64,000 bases of DNA, from the IMG/VR virus record IMGVR_UViG_3300027278_000003. One strand, 5' to 3'. The position numbers were made by a program, and so were the translations under genes. This document shows, in pieces, positions 1 to 8,713 of the stretch (positions within the stretch are counted from its first letter, which is position 1; the number at the start of each line of letters is the position of its first letter). This DNA is from a virus. Its lineage: Duplodnaviria; Caudoviricetes. The notes under the pieces are model-generated. The model ran no database searches and was not told the DNA's origin. It saw only the letters and a program-made list of their open reading frames with translations.

Positions 1-321
1 GCAGACAACGTGATTGGTATCTTCACAAGCCAAGCAATGCGTGAGCGTGGACGTTATCAGGTGCAGTTTATGAAAACACGAAGCAGTAGTGGTGTTGGAC
101 AAAAGGTTGATCTAGAGTTTGATCGCGAAGGCCTGCGTATTACTGATCTTGAAGAAGATGCAGCGGATAGTGAAACAGCCACTACTAGCAGCATCTATGA
201 CAAGCTAAAGAAAAAGACAGAGCTTGTTGGTAAATCGAACAATTTAGCAGAGAACTCAGTGGTTGAACGAGCAGTAGAAAACACTGACAGATTGCGCAGT
301 ATACTCAAAAAGCAAGATTGA
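1..321 (+). CDS. C-terminal part of a DnaB/gp41-like replicative helicase (truncated by window edge)
   Basis: Frame open from base 1; ADNVIGIFTS..RGRYQVQFMKTRSSSGVGQ resembles the C-terminal motifs of SF4 helicases. Confidence 0.6.
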   Translation, partial: ADNVIGIFTSQAMRERGRYQVQFMKTRSSSGVGQKVDLEFDREGLRITDLEEDAADSETATTSSIYDKLKKKTELVGKSNNLAENSVVERAVENTDRLRSILKKQD

Positions 322-341
322 CACGATATATTGTTAAAAAG

Positions 342-348
342 ATAAATA
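342..348 (+). promoter_or_regulatory. T4-like late promoter box ATAAATA
   Basis: Same heptamer recurs intergenically at 2968, 4942, 7453, 15620, 24580, 25966, 29555, 38647, 42163, 49073, 49108 and 63679. Confidence 0.6.
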
Positions 349-373
349 CTGTTAATAATAACGGAGAACTATC

Positions 374-622
374 TTGAAAAAGCGCACAAAGTCATTGCTG
401 GAAGAAATCAATTCTATTGCTCCTGCAAAAGATAAAACACAGATTCTTGAAAGCCGCGGTGCTAATGCACTTAACAGTTTAATTAATCTTCTAGACATGA
501 TTGATGAAAGTTTTGATTCTGATACTGCCGCAGACTTAAACAAGCGTATACTACTAAGCATTAAAAATCGCGACAGTGATAGATTCATCCGTGGCATTAA
601 AAAACTGCGAGAATCAAGATAA
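374..622 (+). CDS. hypothetical protein
   Basis: GGAG RBS, TTG start, stop abuts next ATG. Confidence 0.7.
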   Translation: MKKRTKSLLEEINSIAPAKDKTQILESRGANALNSLINLLDMIDESFDSDTAADLNKRILLSIKNRDSDRFIRGIKKLRESR

Positions 623-1803
623 TGAAAATAGATGAAATCATCCTTGGCGGAACAAAAAAGCGCCTGCACCGTGATCCACGTAAACGTCGTCATGTGCGCG
701 ACGATAATCTATATGATGTAAATTTAAGTGATTTAAGCGAAACTGAACTTGATGAAGTTATCCGTAAAATGGGCGACCAGTTTAGACTATACAGCAAAAA
801 GGGTAAGAACCTTGGCACATATGATAGTCGTGCTGGTGCTGAAAAGCGTGAAAAGCAAGTAAACTATTTCAAGCATATGAGTGAAGGTTACAAGATACAG
901 CTAGAACGTGCCGATGATATGTATATCCTACACATATTAGATACAGAAACAAATAAACGTACAGAAGTTCGTGGCAAAAGTGATTATGAAACTACTGGTT
1001 ACGATGCTAACGACAAACTACATCAACTATTAGACAAGATTGGCAAAAGTGCTAACATCAGCGAACTAATCAACGGTGAAGTTGTAACTATTAATCCTAA
1101 ACATCCTGATGCCGAAAAAGCAAAAGCAGCAACAGATGTAGCATTTAATGAAGAAACTGGTGTAGAAATGCTTAAAATATTCCGCACTATGCATCATGAC
1201 ACTGCTAAGAATAAAGAAATGGATGCGTTCATAAAAGCCCACAGTTGGGAATTGCGCGACTTCACTCCTGATATGTTCCCAAGCGAAGAAGAATTTTTCG
1301 ACTATGATGATCCGTTTGATCGTGTTATTGATATTGACTACGGACACCGTGTAGATTTATCAAAGCCAATTATTGTGGGCCCGCAGTTTAGCGATGGCAA
1401 GTACAGTGTTATCGACGGCAACCATCGTGCAGCAACAGCGCAGCGTATGGGAAAAACTATCCAAGGTTATTTTCCAGTAAAAGCAACTGCTGAAGGTGTA
1501 GCACAAGAGCCAGATCCCACCGGTTATTCAAAAACTGTACTAACTGCTCCTGCTAATACAATTGTTATCAATACTCCTGGCGAACTAGACTGGTATAAAA
1601 TGGGCGAATATATTTCAAATCTTAATACTGAAGATCCCCATGAATTCGGGCAAAGCGAAAGCGATATGGTAGTTACAGTTGCTAACCGTGAGCAGATGAT
1701 TAAACTAAAGAAAATGCTTGATCGTTTTGGTGCAGAATACAAAGAGATTGGCGGTTCACATGAACACCCAGAAATACACACGGAGAACAAGCGTGGCAGA
1801 TAA
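622..1803 (+). CDS. modular putative head-internal protein with ParB/Srx-like domain
   Basis: 393 aa; YSVIDGNHRAATA is a ParB-N-like motif; N-terminus MKIDEI. Confidence 0.6.
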   Translation: MKIDEIILGGTKKRLHRDPRKRRHVRDDNLYDVNLSDLSETELDEVIRKMGDQFRLYSKKGKNLGTYDSRAGAEKREKQVNYFKHMSEGYKIQLERADDMYILHILDTETNKRTEVRGKSDYETTGYDANDKLHQLLDKIGKSANISELINGEVVTINPKHPDAEKAKAATDVAFNEETGVEMLKIFRTMHHDTAKNKEMDAFIKAHSWELRDFTPDMFPSEEEFFDYDDPFDRVIDIDYGHRVDLSKPIIVGPQFSDGKYSVIDGNHRAATAQRMGKTIQGYFPVKATAEGVAQEPDPTGYSKTVLTAPANTIVINTPGELDWYKMGEYISNLNTEDPHEFGQSESDMVVTVANREQMIKLKKMLDRFGAEYKEIGGSHEHPEIHTENKRGR

Positions 1804-2548
1804 AAAATATACAGCTAGCGAATGGGCTCAGATTGAAGGCGGGCATACTGTTGAACCAGTTAAAGAGGGTTTAACATTTATGCAAAGTCTGGGCGAAGCA
1901 CGTATGTTTAAAACACGTGAGCAAATTGCACATGCTGGCGCCCGTAGTGTAACAGATCATTTGTTTGTAAGTTTGCTTAGTCTATACGCAATGAGTCAAG
2001 ACTACAATTATGCTCCTGTAGCAAAAGAATATGCACGTAGAACAAATCAACTTGGATCATACAATAGCCCAAGTCCAAGCGGCACAGACCTATATCAAAC
2101 AATCTTCAGCGTTAAACGTCCAGACTTAATGCCAGGAGAAAAGAGTGAACTGCTAATGAATAAAGTTAATATTCATGATGCAAAAGTGAAAGGCTTCCTA
2201 GACAAAATTAAAATGGGAACAATAACTCCAGCTGATGCTTCAACATTCCTATTAAGAATGGAACGTGATTTAAAAATACAAGATCCTAAATTACGTGCAG
2301 CTCGTCGTTTAACACAAGACTGGCATACACTATCAACAGCACAGCGTCAGTTAGTCGGTACGCAGATCATGAAGTATTTTAGACTAAATGCTCGCCGTAG
2401 TGACATGATGCCATTGTTTGTAAACTTTGCAAAAGATAATGGGTTAAATATAGATGATAAGAAAAAGCGTAGCATTGGTAAATCAATCTTGAGAAAAGCA
2501 GCAGCGTTTGGTGCTGGCTATGCTATAGGTAAATCTATAGAGCTTTAA
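1793..2548 (+). CDS. hypothetical virion-region protein
   Basis: GGAG RBS then GTG at 1793, in frame with ORF 1718..2548. Confidence 0.7.
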   Translation: MADKKYTASEWAQIEGGHTVEPVKEGLTFMQSLGEARMFKTREQIAHAGARSVTDHLFVSLLSLYAMSQDYNYAPVAKEYARRTNQLGSYNSPSPSGTDLYQTIFSVKRPDLMPGEKSELLMNKVNIHDAKVKGFLDKIKMGTITPADASTFLLRMERDLKIQDPKLRAARRLTQDWHTLSTAQRQLVGTQIMKYFRLNARRSDMMPLFVNFAKDNGLNIDDKKKRSIGKSILRKAAAFGAGYAIGKSIEL

Positions 2549-2955
2549 TGACCCCAACTGATTATAATGTTTTCACACTTGTGGATATCACTGATACGAA
2601 TGAAAATAATCCCAAAGGCGGAACAAAAACATACAAACAAGCACAAAATTTAAACTCACTTGTACAATCTTTAAGTATGAGATCGCAGCCACTACATCCG
2701 AAGGTATCGGCGTTAGTAAAACAAGATTTAAACGACTATGATTTTGGTGTAGAGTTTACTGGAACCGCAACTGTGTGGCGTATGACGTTTTCATGTGAAA
2801 TAGAAAATGCTTGGCAAAATGACACTGATAGAGTTTATTTTGCGATGCTTGATTTAGATAATGTCCCAATATATACTGGACTTGACGAGAGCATCAACAT
2901 ATATGAGCAAAAGCTAATATCACACGGTAGGTATAAAAACATATACATAACATAA
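2548..2955 (+). CDS. hypothetical protein
   Basis: 135 aa, TAATG coupling to upstream gene. Confidence 0.7.
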   Translation: MTPTDYNVFTLVDITDTNENNPKGGTKTYKQAQNLNSLVQSLSMRSQPLHPKVSALVKQDLNDYDFGVEFTGTATVWRMTFSCEIENAWQNDTDRVYFAMLDLDNVPIYTGLDESINIYEQKLISHGRYKNIYIT

Positions 2956-3055
2956 ATGCTGATTAGCATAAATACTGATGTAGTTATGACAGAGTTGTGA
3001 CTATTGAAAATCGGCTCTCGAATAGATGAGCCTGTAATTATGCGGAAGCAAGTGT

Positions 3056-3343
3056 ATGGCAACATCAAGACTAGAGCGTGAAAATCTCGAAGCCCATGTG
3101 GACTTATGTGCAGAGAGATATAAAACCTTGGAAGAAAAATTCGGACGTTTGGAAACAAAAGTGGATCAGATCGCAGACAACATGGTGAAAATGGTAGAGA
3201 AGCAACAGACAGACAAAGTATCATCAAATAAATTAATTATTGGTGCCGCCGGTTCAGTCATCGCTGGTTTACTTTCAACTATTGTTCTATTGCTGATGAA
3301 TTTAAACAATGTTGCCCCAGTGATAACAACGTTGGGACAATAA
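3056..3343 (+). CDS. coiled-coil protein with C-terminal transmembrane helix (holin-like topology)
   Basis: Heptad-rich N-half, hydrophobic LIIGAAGSVIAGLLSTIVLLLM. Confidence 0.5.
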   Translation: MATSRLERENLEAHVDLCAERYKTLEEKFGRLETKVDQIADNMVKMVEKQQTDKVSSNKLIIGAAGSVIAGLLSTIVLLLMNLNNVAPVITTLGQ

Positions 3344-3346
3344 CAC

Positions 3347-3637
3347 ATGAAGTTTTTGAGCGAAGCATATAATACAGTTGTAACAGAGGCAAAGGTAGTC
3401 TTTGCAAGACGTGGTAAAAATATCACTAAAAAATTCCGTTGCACAACTGGTAAACGTCAAGGCCGCGTAGTAGCAAGTCCACAACAGTGTTCTGCTCCTA
3501 TTGACCTTAAAAAACGTTTTGTTATGAAACGCACAAAGGCCTCAAAAGGTAACCGTATGACACGTAAAGCACAACGTACAAAGCGTGTAAACCCAGCAAG
3601 TAAAATTGTTGCGCAGCTAAACAAGGCAAGATCATGA
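3347..3637 (+). CDS. basic hypothetical virion protein
   Basis: 96 aa, K/R-rich; starts MKFLSEAYNTVVTEAK. Confidence 0.7.
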   Translation: MKFLSEAYNTVVTEAKVVFARRGKNITKKFRCTTGKRQGRVVASPQQCSAPIDLKKRFVMKRTKASKGNRMTRKAQRTKRVNPASKIVAQLNKARS

Positions 3638-4122
3638 AGATAAAAAACAATTCAATTATTGACACAATCATAGAATATGCTAATATGAAGTTCGGAGTAG
3701 AACTGTCACAGGAAGCAGTCAGCGCAGAGTTAAAAGAACTAGGACTTACAAAAACATTAGCACTAATTGATGCTATTAAGACTGACAACAGCGAAGCGTT
3801 TCTAGACTATGTTGATATAAGTGTAGAAGAAAGTGGGTATGGTACATCGGGTACAATAGCAGGGCAAAGTGCAGCAACAGCAGATCAGATGGCAACAGTT
3901 GCTAATCAACAGAACAGACAAGCTAAATTAGCATCAGCACCGAGAACAGCATCCAACCAACGTACAGTAGCAGGCGGCGCAAAAAAAGCAACAGGTACAC
4001 GTGCGGCAGTCGATCCAGACGATCAGCAACGTGCTAATAACGCAGCTGGTGTACAACAAAACACAGATGAAATTAGTAGACTACGCAGTCTAGTACAACA
4101 AATGACAAAGGGCCAAGGATAA
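3634..4122 (+). CDS. hypothetical protein
   Basis: 162 aa, ATGA overlap. Confidence 0.7.
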   Translation: MKIKNNSIIDTIIEYANMKFGVELSQEAVSAELKELGLTKTLALIDAIKTDNSEAFLDYVDISVEESGYGTSGTIAGQSAATADQMATVANQQNRQAKLASAPRTASNQRTVAGGAKKATGTRAAVDPDDQQRANNAAGVQQNTDEISRLRSLVQQMTKGQG

Positions 4123-4331
4123 TGAAACTTGTAGAGGCTCCAGGCGGAATTGATGTATTCTTAACAAACGACGAACACCGTGTGTGGGAAGGGTTATGTG
4201 AAGAAACATGTAAAGAAGACCTGTCAGAGCGCCAAGCATACATTGCACAAACTTTGGTTAACAAGGGCGTTGTTAAGCGCAGTGTCCGTGAAGGTAAAAC
4301 ATATTATAGTAAACTAAAAGGGAGCCTATAA
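4122..4331 (+). CDS. hypothetical protein
   Basis: 69 aa, coupled to neighbours. Confidence 0.65.
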   Translation: MKLVEAPGGIDVFLTNDEHRVWEGLCEETCKEDLSERQAYIAQTLVNKGVVKRSVREGKTYYSKLKGSL

Positions 4332-4332
4332 A

Positions 4333-4926
4333 ATGCCAACACCAGAAGAAACGCGGGGTATGCAAAATATACTTAATAAACTTAACAATGCTATGACAAA
4401 GACTGAAAAGGTCAGAACTTACATTGATGAGGCTGGTTTAAAAGTTACACATATTGAGTCTGGTAACGTAAGTCCAGAAGCTAAAGAAATGTATGATATT
4501 CTCAATAAACTGCACAATGCCACTGCATCAGAAGCAAAGCAGCTAGTAGTAGAAGAATCAGCACCAGTAACTTCATTTGGCGTTGGCGGATTGAACGTAG
4601 TGCTAAACAAGCGCAGCATTAACGGCTACAAAAAAACATATTATACTATCACTGAAAACGGTGAAACAACAGTGGAAGATTTGGCGCTATTTGAAAGTGC
4701 TATGGCTATTGTAAAAAACAAACTTGACGTTGAAGATACACAAAAGACGACTCGTATCATTCAACTAGATCTTCAGTATGCTTCATATCTAGAAGAAGCC
4801 GCTGCACACAAGCAACGTGCTAAAATGATTTCAGAATCTGCACGTTATGATGTTGCTATGACAAAGCATGGTGTTGCCGTTGATAAAATGAAGCAAATCA
4901 AAGCACAAATTAAAAAATTATTGTAA
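4333..4926 (+). CDS. hypothetical protein
   Basis: 197 aa, GGAG RBS. Confidence 0.7.
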   Translation: MPTPEETRGMQNILNKLNNAMTKTEKVRTYIDEAGLKVTHIESGNVSPEAKEMYDILNKLHNATASEAKQLVVEESAPVTSFGVGGLNVVLNKRSINGYKKTYYTITENGETTVEDLALFESAMAIVKNKLDVEDTQKTTRIIQLDLQYASYLEEAAAHKQRAKMISESARYDVAMTKHGVAVDKMKQIKAQIKKLL

Positions 4927-4979
4927 AATTAGTTAATCTGCATAAATACAATATACAGTTAACTAGCGAGGTTATCATC

Positions 4980-5789
4980 ATGAATTTACACGATTTGCAA
5001 GAGAACAAATTTGCGAAACTACAACGTGCGCTAAAGGAAGTCTTCGATATGGATTTCAACTTTGAAGCAGCACCAGAAAAACTAGTCAAGGTTCAAGAAG
5101 CAACCGCAAAGCGTATCACATCACTTAAAGAGAGTGGCGTAGATGCAAGCAACAAAGACTACCAAAAACTACTATTAATCAAAGAGGGACTAAAGATGGT
5201 CATTAATGAGATTGCGCCAGCAAAAGCAAAGAAGCGCAAAATAAAAGAATCAGCTGACCTAGATCAGGCAGAAGTCCTTCTAGCAGCTAAACAAATGGCT
5301 GACGATCTACAAAAGATGGCAGAAGATCTAGCAAGTATGCAGGTTGAAGATCTAATGAGTATTACAAATGCCATGAAAGAAGAAGTAGGTACAGCAGAAG
5401 CAGAAGCATTCAATGCGGCAGCAGAAGCAGCTATCTCAAGTGCGCTTGAAGCAGTCAAAGCAGCTAATGAAGGCGTAAGCAACGCAGTACTAGCAGCACA
5501 GGGCCAACCAGTAGCAACAGATATGGGCATGGATGCAGGCATGGAGCCAGAAGTTGGTCCAGAAATGCCAGCTGGTGATATGGCCGGTGATGAACTAGAT
5601 ATTGAAGCTGGTGCAGGCGAAGATGATTTCGCTGGTGCAGACGGTGCAGACGCTAGTTTTGACGACAACGGCCGCGAGATGAAAGAAGATGCATATCTAG
5701 CAGCAATGCGTATGGTAAAAGAAGCACAAGTTAATGGCACAGTTAACAAAGCAGTGCTAAAAGCAGCGTTTGCTAAATTAAGAGGCTAA
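4980..5789 (+). CDS. acidic Ala-rich protein, possible prohead scaffold/core
   Basis: 269 aa, helical acidic low-complexity C-half, late box at 4942 upstream. Confidence 0.45.
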   Translation: MNLHDLQENKFAKLQRALKEVFDMDFNFEAAPEKLVKVQEATAKRITSLKESGVDASNKDYQKLLLIKEGLKMVINEIAPAKAKKRKIKESADLDQAEVLLAAKQMADDLQKMAEDLASMQVEDLMSITNAMKEEVGTAEAEAFNAAAEAAISSALEAVKAANEGVSNAVLAAQGQPVATDMGMDAGMEPEVGPEMPAGDMAGDELDIEAGAGEDDFAGADGADASFDDNGREMKEDAYLAAMRMVKEAQVNGTVNKAVLKAAFAKLRG

Positions 5790-5790
5790 T

Positions 5791-6132
5791 ATGCGTTATA
5801 CAGATCTTGTTGGGATACTAAGAGAGGCAGACGATGTCAATCAAGCAGTGCTAGACGTTCTAACCACAATCGCTGGTGAGGGAGTTGGCACGGTTAACTT
5901 TGGGCTAATTCAACAAGAACTAAGTGCGCAGGGATATGACGTGGATGACAATGCGTTATTCGATATATTGAATAACCTCGCAATTGTTAGAAATATTGAG
6001 AACGATGTCGTCCACTTCAATACAGACAGTGATCAAAGCAAGGGCCAAAAGCCACAAGTTGATCCCGAGAAAGACAAAAAACACGTTAGTAAACTTGCCC
6101 AAAAGCAAGTTAAAAAAGGGTTAGATAAATGA
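5791..6132 (+). CDS. hypothetical virion protein
   Basis: 113 aa, GAGG RBS. Confidence 0.65.
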   Translation: MRYTDLVGILREADDVNQAVLDVLTTIAGEGVGTVNFGLIQQELSAQGYDVDDNALFDILNNLAIVRNIENDVVHFNTDSDQSKGQKPQVDPEKDKKHVSKLAQKQVKKGLDK

Positions 6133-6746
6133 CAGTTGGGTTAAACGCGGCACAGGCAAGAGCAAATAGTCAACAAGACATGATTACGTTCAACGAAGCT
6201 ACTACTATTATGGAAGCTATTATTGCTGCCAGTGCTGCTGGAGCCTACGAAACAACTATAAACGATGGAACTGTTATGACGGAATCTACCCCTATATCAG
6301 AAGTGGTTGGCACTGTGCAAAACCCAGTAGTTGTTACAGGCACAACTATTATCATTAATGGATCAACTGTAACTCTTGGTACCAGTGGTACAAATTTAAA
6401 CGCAGTTATCGCAGATATTAATGACGCCGCCATAGTAGGGGTTGTGGCAAGTAAAGACAATGGTTATCTAGTATTGGAAATTACATCAGCTGCCTCAACA
6501 GCATGGCAATATACAGTTGGTTCTGGTACAGCAAACACAGCCCTTGGTTTAACAGCAGGAACATATACCGCAAGTAATCCAGACAGCGTTAATTATTACA
6601 GTGCATGGCAAGGTACACTGACAGATCGTGGCCTAGTAAACCATATGGATACAGTAATCAAGCATTTCCGTAATCTTGGGTATAAAATTGAGCGACTATC
6701 AAACACAGCGACAGGAAAAACTTTTAGCTGGTATGTATATTGGTAA
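6129..6746 (+). CDS. putative structural protein
   Basis: 205 aa, T/G/A/N-rich beta-type composition. Confidence 0.55.
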   Translation: MTVGLNAAQARANSQQDMITFNEATTIMEAIIAASAAGAYETTINDGTVMTESTPISEVVGTVQNPVVVTGTTIIINGSTVTLGTSGTNLNAVIADINDAAIVGVVASKDNGYLVLEITSAASTAWQYTVGSGTANTALGLTAGTYTASNPDSVNYYSAWQGTLTDRGLVNHMDTVIKHFRNLGYKIERLSNTATGKTFSWYVYW

Positions 6747-6781
6747 TTGACAAATAGTCAAAAGTATAGTAAACATATACT

Positions 6782-7456
6782 ATGCTTAAATTACATTCCC
6801 CTTATCCTTATCAAGAATTTCAAAGACAAAGCGTAAATGGCAAACGCCTTTACGCTAATCCTTTTGGTGACCCAGTGCCTAGCGTTACAACTATTTTAGA
6901 CGCTACTAAACCAAAAGAGAAGCGCGAAGCACTAGCCAACTGGAAAAAGCGTGTTGGGGTTGAAGAAGCCGCACGTATTACCCGTGAAGCAGCAGACACT
7001 GGTACGTATATGCACGCCATACTTGAACACTGGGTCAAGAATGAAGAGTATACAGGACAATCCTCCAAACAATCACAATACATGGCAGAAGTTGTTAAAC
7101 AAAACGTTGAACCACATTTAGACGAAGTATGGGGCAGTGAAGTAAACCTGTGCTATCCTGGTCTATACGCCGGTACTACTGACCTTGTTGGTGTTTGGAA
7201 AGGACAGTCCGCTATCATGGACTTTAAACAAACCAACAAGCCTAAAAAGCGTGAATGGATTGACGACTACTTTATGCAAGCCGCAGCATATGCTATGGCA
7301 CACAATGAACTGTATGAAACTAAAATTGAAAACGCAGCTATCTTTATGTGCAGCAGAGATTTAGAGTGGCAACTGTTTGAAGTAGGCCCAGAAGAATTTA
7401 AGTTTTGGGAAACAAAATGGGCAGAACGTGTTGCTGAATACTACGAAATGGCATAA
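6782..7456 (+). CDS. PD-(D/E)XK exonuclease
   Basis: YAGTTDLVG, IMDFKQT and QAAAYAMA motifs. Confidence 0.85.
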   Translation: MLKLHSPYPYQEFQRQSVNGKRLYANPFGDPVPSVTTILDATKPKEKREALANWKKRVGVEEAARITREAADTGTYMHAILEHWVKNEEYTGQSSKQSQYMAEVVKQNVEPHLDEVWGSEVNLCYPGLYAGTTDLVGVWKGQSAIMDFKQTNKPKKREWIDDYFMQAAAYAMAHNELYETKIENAAIFMCSRDLEWQLFEVGPEEFKFWETKWAERVAEYYEMA

Positions 7457-7491
7457 ATACATTATAATAGTATAGAATAGGATGTATTAAT

Positions 7492-8193
7492 ATGACTACA
7501 GTTATAGCAAGACAACGTGTCAGACAAGGAAACTTTGTTGAATTACCAAAACTAGCGTCTGGAGAATTTGGCTATGCCAAAGACCAAAAGCGTCTTTTTA
7601 TTGGTAATGATCCAATAACACAATCAGGTGATGGGATTACAACAGAATTTAATTTTGGTGTTGATCTAGACGACCTGCCAGGCACATACATAGTAGAGGT
7701 GGATGGCATCGCTCAGACACACACTGTAGATTACAATGTTAATAATGAGTTAGTCATATTCCTTACAGCGCCTGCTGATGGCGCAGTTGTTGGTTTTTAC
7801 CACAATTTAGAAATACTGTCAACTGAGCCACCTGAATCAATCTATGATACTGTTAAGTCAGAATCAATGATAGCCCCAGCAACAACGCAAGATTTTCAAT
7901 ATATTACAATATACACAACCGCAACTGGTGGCTACAATTACGATGACGTTGAAATTAGATACACACTTGTGGAGGGATCTAATAGACGCAAAGGAACACT
8001 ATCAATCGCGTTAAATGATGATAATACATTTACTATTAATGATAGTTATACTTCAAACTGTTTTGGCGCAGCACTTGATCATGTGTTTAGTGGAACAATG
8101 ACCGGCGGTGTGTTCGTACTTAACTATACCACAACTGACTCTGCCCCAGCTACAATGTCATGGGTTGCAGAAAATTTCAATGCCATTGAATAA
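7492..8193 (+). CDS. tail/baseplate-associated structural protein
   Basis: N-terminal RVRQG..LPKLASGEFGYAKDQKRLFIG, typical of tail-fibre attachment domains. Confidence 0.55.
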   Translation: MTTVIARQRVRQGNFVELPKLASGEFGYAKDQKRLFIGNDPITQSGDGITTEFNFGVDLDDLPGTYIVEVDGIAQTHTVDYNVNNELVIFLTAPADGAVVGFYHNLEILSTEPPESIYDTVKSESMIAPATTQDFQYITIYTTATGGYNYDDVEIRYTLVEGSNRRKGTLSIALNDDNTFTINDSYTSNCFGAALDHVFSGTMTGGVFVLNYTTTDSAPATMSWVAENFNAIE

Positions 8194-8203
8194 GTGAGGA
8201 ACA

Positions 8204-8635
8204 ATGAGCTTTTGGCTTCAGTCACCAGATCAGAGATTGCGTGGGTGGCGTAAATTTAGAAAAGAACTAGACAGTGTAGATGATGATGTACAGTGTTTGG
8301 AGATGTTAGTAGAGTGGTGGCGATTGGCGCCCGTGGCAACTAGAGTAGTTGATCCTTACAACAGTGATGATTGGCCAGACCCTTGGGAACTACTGCACAA
8401 CGGCAGCTACGATGAAAACGTGATTGCTATTGGGATGGCACAAACACTGGAACTAATAGATTGGCCGTGTGATATACACTTGGTACAAAATACAAAAAAA
8501 TCTTATATTGGACTCATAGTTTCTGTTGACGAAGAGTTCATTTTAAACTATACTTATGGAATAGTGGAAGACTACGACCAAGTGATGCGGGATTGCGAAA
8601 TACTGCGTAGCTGGAAAAGTTCTGAGTTAACGTAG
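8204..8635 (+). CDS. hypothetical protein
   Basis: 143 aa, GAGG RBS, ends TAG TAG. Confidence 0.7.
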   Translation: MSFWLQSPDQRLRGWRKFRKELDSVDDDVQCLEMLVEWWRLAPVATRVVDPYNSDDWPDPWELLHNGSYDENVIAIGMAQTLELIDWPCDIHLVQNTKKSYIGLIVSVDEEFILNYTYGIVEDYDQVMRDCEILRSWKSSELT

Positions 8636-8713
8636 TAGAAATACCATTGCCTACCATATTAAATAAAACATACAACGAATAAAAAATCATTATAAACCCA
8701 ATAAGGTAAGAAT

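Noticed and set aside
6782-7456. Cas4 as part of a CRISPR system
   Set aside because: No Fe-S cysteine cluster and no array; ordinary phage PD-(D/E)XK exonuclease
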